A stretch of DNA of 64,000 nt, from assembly GCF_009914755.1 (NCBI RefSeq), contig NC_060942.1. The stretch is one strand, 5' to 3'. Both the position numbers and the translations under genes were made by a program. Shown here piece by piece: positions 48,656 to 62,112 of the stretch; the stretch's first letter is position 1, and each line of letters opens with the position of its first letter. Origin of the DNA: the human T2T-CHM13v2.0 reference genome, Homo sapiens. The notes beneath the pieces were generated by a model. It did not search any database. It saw only the letters and a list, made by a program, of their open reading frames with translations, and was not told where the DNA came from.

Positions 48656-49044
48656 TGTTATAAGCTACATTTTGTCCCCCACAAAATGCATCTATTGAAG
48701 TCCAAACCCCTAGTACTTCAGAATGTGACTGTATTTAGAGATAAGATCTTTAAAAAAGATAATTAAGGTAAAATGAGGTCATATGACTGGACCCAATCCA
48801 ACGATTGGTGTCCTTAGAAAGAGAGGAAATTAGGACTCAGTCACACACAAAGAAGATCATATAAAGACAGTGGAAAGAGACAGCCATCTACAAACCAAGG
48901 AGCGAGGTCATAGAAGAAAGTGGCCCTGAAGACACTTTAATCTCAGACTTCTAGCGTCCAGAATTGTGAGAAAATACATTTCTGTTGTTTAAGCCACCCA
49001 GTCTGTGGTATTAGTTATGGCAACCTTAGCAAACTACACCAACA
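48656..49044 (+). mobile_element. MLT1B-like solo LTR
   Basis: cagaatgtgactgtattt...ccagaattgtgagaaaatacatttctgttgtttaagccacccagtctgtggtatt with TG..CA ends. Confidence 0.85.
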
Positions 49045-49979
49045 CCTATGTTTTTATTTTTTTTAACATTCCTCAGAGTGCAAGCCTGTATTTGTTTTTT
49101 ATATTGTCACTCTGTAATTCTTCATATTGTTTTCTGTGTGCTTTCCTTATAATTATTTGAATAAAATTATCATGCTATAATACTGGTTTGTAGTCATGTA
49201 CATCTTTGCAAATATTCCAGCAACATTTGCCTTAGCGTGATTCCTTTTATAGCTTTTGAAAACTCAAGTTGAAAATTTTGCTTTTGCAGCTAATAACATG
49301 TTTGATATTTAGTTATATAAAAAGCATCCAGAATTTGGCAGACATGCATTAATATGCATGAATAAAGGCAGAGCTGAATCAAAATAGCAAAATAGTTTGT
49401 TATCCAACTAAACAATTGGTTACTACTTCAAAATAAAGCATTTTTCATACAGGTGGAATTATCTACTTGGCCCCCCTACCTCATCAGATCTCCCCATCAT
49501 TCATGCCATGTCATCATGAATTTCTTGCTGTTCTCAACTTGATTTCAACATGGATTTTCTCTTTTTCATGAATTTTGGCTCTGTCTGACCTTAAACCTAA
49601 GCTTTCTCTGTATTTCTTACTCCCTCCAACCATGCCCTTTTTTGCATCCCCAATTGCCTTCACTGATAAAATGCAAATGTTAACCTCTGATAAATTGCCA
49701 AATTTCCAAATGATAAAATACCAGTATCTTTCCTACTTTCTTCATGGATGGATATTTTTGTGAGGATTCTTTTTACTGTGATGTAAAATATAGTTGTGAA
49801 CTTCTAGAAGCAGTTGACTACTAACAGATATCAATACCTATTTTAAAAGTCCCACAGTTTAATTTACTAGATTTTCTTTTTTGCTTCTTTAGATTCAGAG
49901 AAATTCAATACACAGTTTCTGAAAACCCATTTCCACTCAGAACTAATCACTCTTCTACCATCCTCTCATGCAATCTCCA

Positions 49980-50140
49980 CATTTTGCTGCAGTGGAATTA
50001 TTATCAGCTCCTTTATAGAGAGGAAGAAACTGAGACACTTAAATATTTAATAACAAGGCAGTCCTCATTCAGCTAGTAAGAGATGAAGCCAGGATTCACA
50101 CCAAGAGAGTCTAAATATGGAGCTCATGTTTTTATCCATT
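49980..50140 (-). mobile_element. MIR
   Basis: agaggaagaaactgagacac...cagctagtaag...gccaggattca. Confidence 0.7.
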
Positions 50141-50488
50141 AAGATATAGGGAGAATAAAAAATGTTTTAGATTAAAAAAAGAGAAGTTGATCTAATAAAG
50201 CAATTTAATCAATTCACATTTCATTAACAAAAAGTCAAGAACTATGGAATTTTACTTACCAGAAAATGAATAGAAATATTTCCTTTAAAACAGGTAAACC
50301 TTTCCCAGCTCATAAATAATCAAGCCTATCCCTTTTCTATGAAGCTGTGATTTGGTCTCATAATCCATCTCAACATGATGTTCCACATAGTTATGATCAC
50401 TAGATTGTCATCAGTATTCAAGATGACATCAAATTGTTACCTCTGCACCAAACACTCAAATATGCATGTTCAGAGAAGTAGATAGTAG

Positions 50489-50845
<357 letters not shown>

Positions 50846-53800
50846 ACGTTGTTTTATTTTCTACTACCTATGTATTATTGATCTGTGTTAAAAAACAAAC
50901 AAACAAACAAACAACCACCACAGCAACAAAAAACTCTGGGGAATCAATTCAATTAGTACTCCTCATTATTTTCAGTATATGCTATATATTAATATCTAGC
51001 ATTATCATAGAAACTGGGGGTCATAGAAGCAAAACACACAGTACTGTGTTATCTTAGAAGCAGCTCAGTATGATGCTGTATGCAAAGCAGAGATTTTAGA
51101 TTCAAACAGCCCTGGGTTGCATCTCTTTTTGTCACTGTGGGGTTTTAAATTAGATAGCATTCTGATATTTATCTTTATCACCAGCAGAACTAGAAGAATA
51201 TTGCCAACATCTTGTGTAGTTCCATGAATTCAGTGAGATAATATAAGTTAGAAAATGCATTATATAGGTTAGTTTTAAATGTAATCCAGTATATGTTTCA
51301 GGTACCTACTACTATGAACAGATCTGGATAGAACATGGAAACAAATGTCACAGAAAGATTCCCCCTTAAGTGAGAGTATAGATTTTAAACAAGTCATCCC
51401 AACTATAACGTGATGGTATTTGTACAAGAAGTAATAAGTCAGCAGTGGCACTAGCAACGCAGTGCTCTCTGCGACCTGGATCGGGAAACGATTTGGGGAT
51501 GAGAACTAGGCTTATCTCTCATCCAAGGATTATGTATCATTATGGATTCTCCACTGGATAAATGACATATGAATATAACAGAAGCTAAGGCAATACTTTC
51601 AGTAAGTTCCTCCCTTTTCTCTCTAAGTCATGTGGGGTAAATATTTTTTCTAATACTATTTCTAAATTTGATTCAAATCTGGCATTTATAGTGTCTCAAA
51701 CTTTCATTAACTAAATAAATAGTCACTGAGCTTACTATATACAAAACCCTGACTGAGCTATTATGAAATATAAAGATTAATAAAACACATTTTTTTTTAA
51801 ATGATAGCCTTTAAAATTAAACCATGATGCATTTGAAATTGATGCTTTAAGAGAGTACTATACGGCTTTGTAAAGGAAGACTATCCCTATATGCAATCAG
51901 GGAATTCTTTCTGGAATACATTGTTATGTAAAAATATAAAGTAGAAAAAAACATGTATTCCATGCTTTCATTCATCTAATAAAGAGATATGTGTAAATAT
52001 AAACACACTCATATTTATTTATGTTAAAAATTAGAAGAATCAACCCAAAACGTTTAAAATTATGGGAGAGGAGGGAAGACCTTGAGTGTATAAATAGAAG
52101 ATAAGCTTTAATTAATATATTTTTTTTACAAATTTGAAATAAGAAAAATGGAAAAATTTCATCACCATAAAATAGAACTGTATTTTTAGAAAGAAAAATT
52201 TCTAAGTAGAAATGAAAAGCAAACAAGAGATGTACTTAAATAAATGATTGGATGTCATAAACACACAGAAAGTATCTCAAATTACTTTAAAATGTAATAC
52301 ATTTAACATTATATAAAATATAATATTTTACATATATTTAAACATTCTTTTTAAAAAAATATACTTTAAGTTCTGGGGTACATGTGCAGAGCTTGCAGAT
52401 TTGTTACATAGGTATACACATGCCATGGTGGTTTGCCGCACCCCTCAACCCGTCATCTACTTTAGGTATTTCTCCTAATGCTAACCCCTCCTTAGCCCTC
52501 CACTCAGAGACAGGCCCCAGTGTATGATGTTCCACTCCCTGTGTCCATGTGTCCTCATTGTTTCACTCCCATTCATAAGTGAGAATATGCAGTGTTTGGT
52601 TTTCTTTTCTTGTGTTACTTTGCTGAGAATGATGGTTTCTAGCTTCATCCGTGTCCCTGCAAAGGACAGGACAGGAACTCAACCTTTTTTATGGCTGCAT
52701 AGTATTCCATGGTGTATATGTGCCACATTAGCTTTATCCAGTATATCATTGATGGCCATTTGGGTTGGTTCCAAGTCTTTGCTATTGTGAATAGTGTCAC
52801 AATAAACATACGTGTGCATGTATCTTTACAGTAGAATGATTTATAATCCTTTGGGTATATAGCCAATAATGGAATTGCTGGGTCAAATGATATTTCTGGT
52901 TCTAGATCCTTGAGGAATTTCCACACTGTCTCCCACAATGGTTGAACTAATTTAAACTCGCACGAACGATGTAAAAGCGTTCCTATTTCTCCACATCCTC
53001 TCACCCAGTATCTTTTGTTTCCTGACTTTTTAATGATTGCCATTCTAACTGGCGTAAGATGGTATCTCATTGTGGTTTTGATTTGCATTTCTTTAATGAC
53101 CAGTGATGATGAGTTTTTTTTCATATGTTTGTTGGCTGCATAAATTATTCCTTTGAGAAGTGCCTGTTCATCTCCTTCACCCACTTTTTGATGGGGTTGT
53201 TTTATTCTTGTAAATTTTGTTAAGATCTTTGTAGATGCCGGATATTAGCCCTTTGTCAGATGGATAGATTGCAAAATTTTCTCCCATTTTGTAGGTTGCC
53301 TGTTCACTCTGATGATAGTTTCTTTTGCTGTAAGGAAGCTCTTCAGTTTAATTAGATCCCATTTGTCAATTTTTGGTTTTTGTTGCCATTGCTTTTGGTG
53401 TTTTAGTCATGAGGCCTTTGCCATGCCTTTGCTATGTCCTGAATGGTATTGCCTCAGTTTTCCTCCAGGGTTTTTATGGTTTTAGGTCTTACATTTAAGT
53501 CTTTAATCATGTTGAGTTAATTTTTGTATCAGGTTTAAGAAAGGGGTCCAGTTTCAGTTTTCTGCATATGGCTAGCCAGTTTTCCCAATACCGTTTATTA
53601 AATAGGGAATCCTTATTGCTTGTTTTTGTAAGGTTTGTCAAAGATCAGATGGTTGTAGATGTGTGGCATTATTTCTGAGGCCTCTGTTCTGTTCCATTGG
53701 TCTATATATCTGTTTTGGTTCCAGTACCATGCTGTTTTGGTTACTGTAGCCTTGTAATATAGTTTGAAGTCAGGTAGCATGATGTCTCCAGCTTTGTTCT

Positions 53801-54398
53801 TTTTGATTAGGATTGTCTTGGCTATACAGGCTCTTTTTTGGTTCCATATAAAATTTAAAGTAGTTTTTTTCTAATTATGTGACGAAAGTCAATGGTAGCT
53901 TGATGGGGATAGCACTGACTCTATAAATTACTTTGGGCAGTGTGGCCATTTTCATGATCTTGATTCTTCCTATCCATGAAATATGTTTCCATTTATTTGT
54001 GTCCTCTCTTATTTCCTTGAGCACTGGTTTGTAGTTCTCCTTGAAGAGGTCCTTCACATCCCTTGTAAGTAGTATTCCTAGGTATTTTTATTCTCCTTGT
54101 AGCAATTGTGAATGGGAGTTTACTCATGATTTGGCTCTCTATTATTGGGGTATAGGAATGCTTGTGATTTTTGCACATTGATTTTGTATCCTGAGAATTT
54201 GCTGAAATTGCTTATCAGCTGAAGGAGATTTTGGGTTGAGACGATGGGGTTTTCCAAATATACAATCATGTCATCTGCAAACAGAGACAATTTGACTTCC
54301 TCTTTTCCTATTTGAATACCCTTTATTTCTTTCTCTTGCCTGATTGCCCTGGTCAGAACTTCCAATACTACGTCAAATAGGAGTGGTGAGAGAGGTCA

Positions 54399-54560
<162 letters not shown>

Positions 54561-55135
54561 TCAAAGGCCTTTTCTGCATCTATTGAGATAATCATGTGTT
54601 TTTTGTCATTGGTTCTCTTTATGTGATGGATTATGTTTATCGATTTGCATATGTTGAACCAACCTTGCATCCCAGGGATGAAGCCAACTTGATCATGGTG
54701 GATAAGCTTTTTGATGTGCTGCTGGATTTGGTTCCCTAGTATTTTATCGAGGATTTTTGCATCAATGTTCATCAGGGATATTGTCCTGAAATTTTCTTTT
54801 TTTGTTGTGTCTCTGCCAGGTTTTGGTATCAGGATGATGCTGCCCTCATAAAATGTTTCTTTTTTTTTCTATTGTTTGGAATAGTTTCAGAAGGAATGGT
54901 ACCAGCTCCTCTTTGTACCTCTGGTAGAATTTGGCTGTGAATCCTTCTGGTCCTGGACATTTTCTGCCTGGTAGGCTGTTAATTACTGCCTCAAAGGAAT
55001 TTACCATTTCTTCTGGATTTTCTGGTTTATTTGCAAAGAGGTGTTTATAGCATTCTCTGATGGTGGTTTGTATTTCTGTGGGATCAGTGGTGGTATCCCC
55101 TTTATCATTTTTATTGTGTCTATTTGATTCTTCTA

Positions 55136-55231
<96 letters not shown>

Positions 55232-55234
55232 TCA

Positions 55235-55483
<249 letters not shown>

Positions 55484-57413
55484 TTATGCCTTAATTTCGT
55501 TATTTACCCAGTGGTCATTCAGGAGCAGGTTGTTCAGTTTCCATGTGGTTGTGCGGTTTTGAGTGAGTTTCTTAATCCTGAGTTCTAATTTGATCGTACT
55601 GTGGTCTGAGAGACTGTTTGTATGATTTCCTTTCTTTTGCCTTTGCTGAGGAGTGTTTTAGTTCCAATTATGTGGTCAATTTTAGAATAAGTGTGATAAG
55701 GTGCTGAGAAGAATGTATATTTTGTTGATTTGGGGTGAAGAGTTCTGTAGATGCCTATTAGGTCCGATTGGTTCAGAGCTGAGTTCAAGTCCTGAATATC
55801 CTTGTTAATTTTCTGTCTCATTGATCTGTCTAATATTGACAGGGGGTGTTCAAGTCTCCCACTATTATTGTGTGGGAGTCTAAGTCTCTTTTTAGGTCTC
55901 TAAGAACTTGCTTTATAAATCTTGGTGCTCCTGTATTAGGTTCATAGATATTTAGGATAGTTAACTCTTCTTGTTGCATCGATCCCTTTACCATTATGTA
56001 ATGCCCTTCTTTGTCTTTTTTGATTCTTGTTGGTTTATAGTCTGTTTTATCAGAGACTAGGACACTGCTCTTCTCGAGCAGTATCTTCGTGGTGTTCTCT
56101 GTATATCCTGAATTTGAATGTTGACCTGTCTTGCTAGGTTGGTGAAGTTCCTCTAGATAATATCCTGAAGAGTGTTTTCCAACTTGGTTCCATTATCCCC
56201 ATCACTTTGACGTACACCAATCAAATGTAAATTTGGTCTTTTCACATAGTCCCATATTTCATGGAGGCTTTGTTCATTCCTTTTCATTTTATTTCTCTCA
56301 TCTTTTCTTTCTGCTTTATTTCATTATCTTCAATCTCTGATATCCTTTCTTCCTCTTGATAGATTTGGCTATTGATATTTGTGTATGCTTCACAAAGTTC
56401 TCGTACTGTGTTTTTCAGCTCCATCAGGTCATTTATGTTCTTCTCTAAACTGGTTATTCTAGTTAGCAATTCGTCTAACCTTTTTGCAAGGTTCTGAGCT
56501 TCCTTGCATTGGATTAGAGCATGCTCCTTTAGCTCGGAGGAGTTTGTTATTGCCCACCTTCGGAAGCCTATTTCTGTCAATTTGTCAAACTCATTCTCCA
56601 TCCTGTTTTGTTCCCTTGCTGGCGAGGAATTGTGATCCTTTGGAGGAGAAGAGGCATTCTAGTTTTTGGAATTTTCAGCCTTGTTGCACTGGTTTCTCCC
56701 CATCTTCGTGGATTTATCTACCTTTGGCTTTTGATGATGATGACCTTTAGATGGGGTCTCTGAGAGGATGTCCTTTTTGTTGATGTTGATACTATTCCTT
56801 TCTGTTTGTTAGTATTCCTTCTAACAGTCAGGTTCCTCTGCTGCGGTCTGTTGGAGTTTCCTGGAGGTCCACTCCAGACCCTTTTCGCCTGGATATCACC
56901 AGTGGAGGCTGCAGAACAGCAAAGACTGCTGCCTGTTCCTTCCTCTGGAAGCTTCATCCCAGAGAGGCACCCGCCAGATGCCAGCCAGAGCTCTCCTGCA
57001 TGAGGTGTCTCTCGGCCCCTACTCAGAGTTGTCTCCCAGTCAGGATAAATGGGTGTCAGGGACCCACTTGAGGAGGCAGTCTGACCCTTAACAGAGCTTG
57101 AACGCTGTGCTGGGAGATCCGCTGTTCTCTTTAGAGCTGTCAGGCAAGGACGTTTAAGTCTGCTGAAGCTGTGCCCACAACAGCCCTTTCCCCCAGGTGC
57201 TCTGTCCCAGGGAGATGGGGGTTTTATCTATAAGCTCCTGACGGGGGCTGCTGCCTTTTTTTCCTCAGAGATGCCTTGCCCAGAGAGGAGGAATCTAGAG
57301 AGGCAGCAGGGCCACAGTGGCCTTGCTGAGCTGCAGTGGGCTCCAGCCACTTTGAACTTCCCTGAGGCTTTGTTTACACTGCGAGGGTAAAACTACCTAC
57401 ACAAGCTTCAGCA

Positions 57414-57812
57414 ATGGCAGACTCCCCTCCCCCCCGCCACCTAAACTTGAGCATCCCAGGTCAACCACAGACAGCTGTGCTGGCAGTGAGAATTTCAAGC
57501 CAGTGGATCTTAGCTTGCTGGGCTCTGAGGGGGTGGGACTCACTGAGCCAGACTACTTGTCCCCTTGGCTTCAGCCCCCTTTCCAGGGGAGTAAACAATT
57601 CTGTCTCGCTGGAATTCCAGGCACTACTGGGGTATGAAATAAAAATTCCTGAAGCCCCCAATTTTGTGCTTGAAACCCAGGGCCCTGGTGGTGTAGGCAC
57701 TGGAGGGAATCTCCTGGTCTGTGGGTTTCAAAGACTGTGGGAACAGCATGGTATCTGGGCCCAGTGCACCGTTCCTCACTGCTTCCCTTGGGTAGGGGAG
57801 GGAATTTCCTGA
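57414..57812 (+). other. ORF0-like antisense ORF (132 aa) in the L1 5'UTR
   Basis: gcaATGG start; MADSPPP resembles L1 ORF0 MAGAPPP, and GPGGVGTGGNLLVCGFQRLWEQHGIW resembles the ORF0 C-terminal half as I recall it. Expression unknown. Confidence 0.55.
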
Positions 57813-57992
57813 TTCCTTGCACTTCCTGGGTGAGGTGATGCCCCACCCTGCTTTGGCTCACCCTGCGTGGGCTGCACCCACTGTCCAACCAGTCCCAATG
57901 CAATGAACTGGGTACCTCAGTTGGAAATGCAGAAATCACCCACCTTCTGTGTTGATCTCACTGGGAGCTGGAGACTGGAGCTGTTCCTATTC

Positions 57993-58002
57993 GGCCATCT
58001 TG
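57993..58002 (-). promoter_or_regulatory. YY1 site of the L1 internal promoter
   Basis: Minus strand CAAGATGGCC about 12 nt inside the L1 5' end, the known position. Confidence 0.7.
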
Positions 58003-58169
58003 CCAGCAATCCTCTATTTAATCATTCTTAGGATAATGTACCTTAAGAACAAAAAGAACTGCTCTTAAAATATGTTATATAATATTATTAATTTTGGGGA
58101 ATCATATTTTTGACAGTGATACTAGTATTGTTTTCTTTTTTTGGTTTGGTTATAGTTGACTTCTATTTC

Positions 58170-58710
58170 CCATTAAAAAGCTTTATTGAGGTTTAATTCA
58201 TGTATAATACACTGCACACAGTTAAAGCATACAGTTTGGTATACTTTGGTACTCGTATGGATATTTTGGTACTTGTATGTATCGAGGGGTCATTAACTTT
58301 TATTGCTGAGAAGTATTCCATTGTGTAAATAAACCACAATTTTCTTGTTCATTCACCTGTTGATGAACATTTGACTTGATTCCAGTTTTTTTACTATTAA
58401 AAATAAAGCTGCTATGAAAATGCAAGTCTTTGTATAAATGTATGCATTCATTTGTCTTAAGTAAATACTTAGGAGCAAAATGACTAAGTCATGTAATAGG
58501 CAAATTTTTAACTTCTTATGAAAATTACAACTTACTTCCCAAAGCAGTTGGACATGCTATATTCCTTTTAGCAGTGTACAAGGGGTCCATTTCCTCCATA
58601 ACCTTGTCAACCCTCGGCATTTTCAAAACTTTAATTTGTGTTACTATAATTGGCGTTCAGGGTATCTTATTGTGGTTTTAGTTAGCATTTCCCTAATGGC
58701 CAGTTTCCTT
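58170..58710 (-). mobile_element. L1ME/L1MD-like 3' fragment with internal deletion
   Basis: gctttattgaggtttaatt...; ttttattgctgagaagtattccattgtg...; tcttattgtggttttagttagcatttccctaatg. Confidence 0.7.
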
Positions 58711-59663
58711 AGAAAATCTCCTCCACATCTCTAGTTGCTTTTGGCAGGTACATTTTCTTAAAATATACTTGAATTCTAAAATGTAATGTCTCTTTTAACA
58801 TAACTATGTACACTCTTACTACAATTAATACAATTTGAAACAAAATAAATTAACAGTAAATTCCAGTTTTATTCCATTTGCAAGACTGTTTTTTTCAACA
58901 TGTGATTACCATAGAATATTTCTGTAGAGACTAGAGCTGTGAAAAATGTCTGATTCTCCAGGTGGTGGGTCCTGTTGTTCCCATTTACCTTAGCAGGTGT
59001 GTAATGGTAATATAATATATTATAGATGTTCTGGTCTGTTTTTTCCTCCTTCTTTAAGAAAAAATAAGACATCCAGGTCCTCATCATTTTATTAATCAAA
59101 TATTTCTCAGGATGTGAAAAAAAAGAAAAAGGAATATAAAAGCAGTGATATGAAATAGGTAATGAAAGATGTTAAAATAAGAAATGAGATAATGGAAAAA
59201 AATAGAAGAGTAAATAAAGAATGGTGGCTGAAAATACTGGGGAGAAAAGTAAATGAAACATAGAAAAGTGAATAAAATTTAGAAAAAAGTCAAAGAATGT
59301 GAGAATAAGCCTAAACATCTAGCAAAGCCAGTTGATGAGGTCCCCTTGAGGAGAGTGGAATGGTATGGAGGGAAGGGCAGGGCAGGCCATGAAATCCTCT
59401 TGAGTACTATTCCTTCCTACTTGATTCCATTGCCTATGCTCCTTGATCCTCAAGTTTTGCTTCTGTATAATAAGGTTAATGATATCTGCTCCAGGTGATT
59501 GTTATGAAGATTTTTTTAAAAGGTGTATTAAAGATTCTGATGCTCAGTAATTAATGGTCCCTAACCTATACAAGGAGATCCACTAGGGAAACTTGAAAAT
59601 TCAGTCAGCAATAAGAGAAGCCTTATTACAGAGTCCATTGGCAGAAAGTCTGCATTGAAACGG

Positions 59664-62112
59664 GTTGGGCAAAAGCAGCAATTTATTCATGTCTTACAAA
59701 CATGGTCTTACAAACATCATACAGAGCTGGCACAAAAGAACAGACACTGTCTCACACACCATGCTTCCTTCCAAAACACTTCTATTGAGTTACAACATCA
59801 GAACAAATCAATTACTGAGTTACACAGTTCTTCAAACATGTATACCTCCCCATTTGGGTGGTGAGATTGGCTAATCAGACAAACAATTAATTTACATGTT
59901 TAATACAGTGCAGGATTTGTAACAGGATTCAAGATATTCACATTGATATTGTAATACATTCTAAAACAGTACATTTTCAGAAATGATGAAATTAGGTATT
60001 AAGATCTCCCTGCCTGTTTCAATTCCTTTGTTGTTTCTTTTCTCTTTTCTGAAAACCAGTTGCAAATAGTTTTACTCAACTTTTCACACTCAAAAACACT
60101 TTAAATTTTAAAAGCTAAAAACTATTTACAAATTATCCATTTTAATTTTAAAAATGTTTGTTGTTGGTTTCATTGTTCCATGTTAAAAAAAAAAAATCGG
60201 CCTCGTCCAACAACCATACCTCAGCTGCTACCACCATTAACTTCTGGCTGCCGTGAAGAATACTTAGAATTGGCCCCTTACAACTTTTCAGAGGTCCAAC
60301 ATATATTCTGTTCCACGGCCCATGATACCAAATGCACATACATAAAATGGCCATTTGACTTCCCCAAACTACACACCTACTACAGTTCATTTCATGTTGC
60401 TTTCACAGAGATGCCGAGTGGAGCAAGATGCTGTGAGGTGACTTTGTAGTGGAATGAAGACAATGATTGGGAAATATGCTTTTTTAATCCCAAAGTCATT
60501 TTAAAGCACAAAAAAGAGGTTGATTTTTAATCTTTGTACATACAGAATGTAATACATTTTCTTTACATTAGGCATAGTCATAAAAAGCATGTATAAGTTG
60601 TTTGGAAAATGCATTTTTCATAGAATTTACAAACACTGTGATATCAAACACATTCTCAAAAACTGCTAAAGTACTGACACAAAACCTGACTCAAAATGTA
60701 AATTTTTCAGTAGACTTAATTTCTAACTTGCATATTTAATAATTCAACTGTACTCAAGTTCCACTCATACTTCTCTAAGAACTCAAATATAGTGACATTA
60801 CTCTCAAGCTAATTCTTTTCAAATAATCACAGGGTGCAGCTTTAATCTAACAGGTTCTGAATGAATTTCAGAACCCTGGCACTGGAAAATGATACAAGAC
60901 ACAAGTCTGTAAACTGCTCTATAGACAACAGCTCAAGACAAATTAGCCTAGAAAAGATAGTGAAACACATTCTTTGTTGTGCTAATTTGACAGCCTAAGT
61001 ATATTTTGCGTGAACATATGTAAATTATATTAGAATTGCTCTTGAACGATTTTGTAGTCTTACATTTGTTTGTTGGTTAAGTAACACTTTTTATCTGGCA
61101 ATGTAAAAAATCTTCACAGTCTTTTCAAGTAGCATCTTAATCTTTTCTGGGGGACAATAAATTAAATGAAGACTTAGGTGGCCATGCCGACTCTGGGTAC
61201 AAACGATGGCCTTAAAAGTACACTTGCACACTATACCTATTTCCTATAAGAAAATTGCACTTCTAACTGGATTTCTAGTTGAAGTTTATTTCTTTATTCA
61301 CTAACTAATTCAACAATTTCACAAAGGTACATAGGGATTTCTCAGGCCACACTGAGGCTTGTGACAGGCAGTGAATAATCCAAGGCCATGGTTCTTATGT
61401 GAGGTTATATTTTACAAAATTTTGACTCACATGTAACCTTAGGGGGGAGAAAAATTATATTTCAGCCACAGTGTTCTCAACTCAGCCCTTTGATAAAATA
61501 ATTTCTCAGCTTGTTCACTGTCCTTTTGAAATGAATCTGAGTTACTCTTATGATAAAATTGCATCAAATAATTACAAACCAAACTGAAATGACCAGATAC
61601 TTTTATATGCAGGACAACCATTTGCACATGACAGAATTAATAAATACAAACTGGAGGACATTTTTTTAGTATCTTTGGATTTAAAGAAAAATTGATTTCC
61701 CCAACCTGAAGATAAATGGATAAATTTTCACAAGGCAAGGCATACTTTTCGTTTTTAAATCTTAATCACATTAACTTTTTGTGACATGTTCCAATGAGAT
61801 TGTCACATTTATAATTTGGGATTCTGGCACAGTATTCATAAAATGTCTGACTATTCCTAGTTATATCACTGGTAATCTGAAGGAGATATTGAATATCTTA
61901 TGAAAATTTATCCAACTCTTCTAATAAATAGGGAAATTATCATAATACACATTTGAAGTTACTTTCTGGTCTACTAATTCAATCCATTTCTAGCAACAAC
62001 AACAACAACAAAAAGGTAGCTTGATTTCCCAAGCTTGCAATCCAATATAGAAAGAAAGAAAATTTCTCCTTGCCTAGTAAAAACCTTTAAGTTCCAACTC
62101 ACGGCTAGGATG
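59664..62112 (-). other. SYT4: SYT4 3'UTR (~2.45 kb; 3' end approximate)
   Basis: Repeat-free AU-rich sequence between the stop codon and the AATAAA at 59682-59687, abutting a MIR at ~59400-59550. Confidence 0.75.
59682..59687 (-). terminator. SYT4: Polyadenylation signal AATAAA (distal SYT4 site)
   Basis: Plus-strand tttatt, preceded on the mRNA strand by two TGTA motifs, with CA dinucleotides 12-35 nt downstream. Confidence 0.75.

Noticed and set aside
51438-51478. CTCF-like motifs cagcagtggcac and gtgctctctgcgac
   Set aside because: One needs a gap and the other mismatches the leading CC; the X-box reading fits better.
60148-60449. 80-89 aa ORFs on both strands of the SYT4 3'UTR
   Set aside because: No recognisable protein similarity or splice context; chance frames in a locally GC-richer patch.
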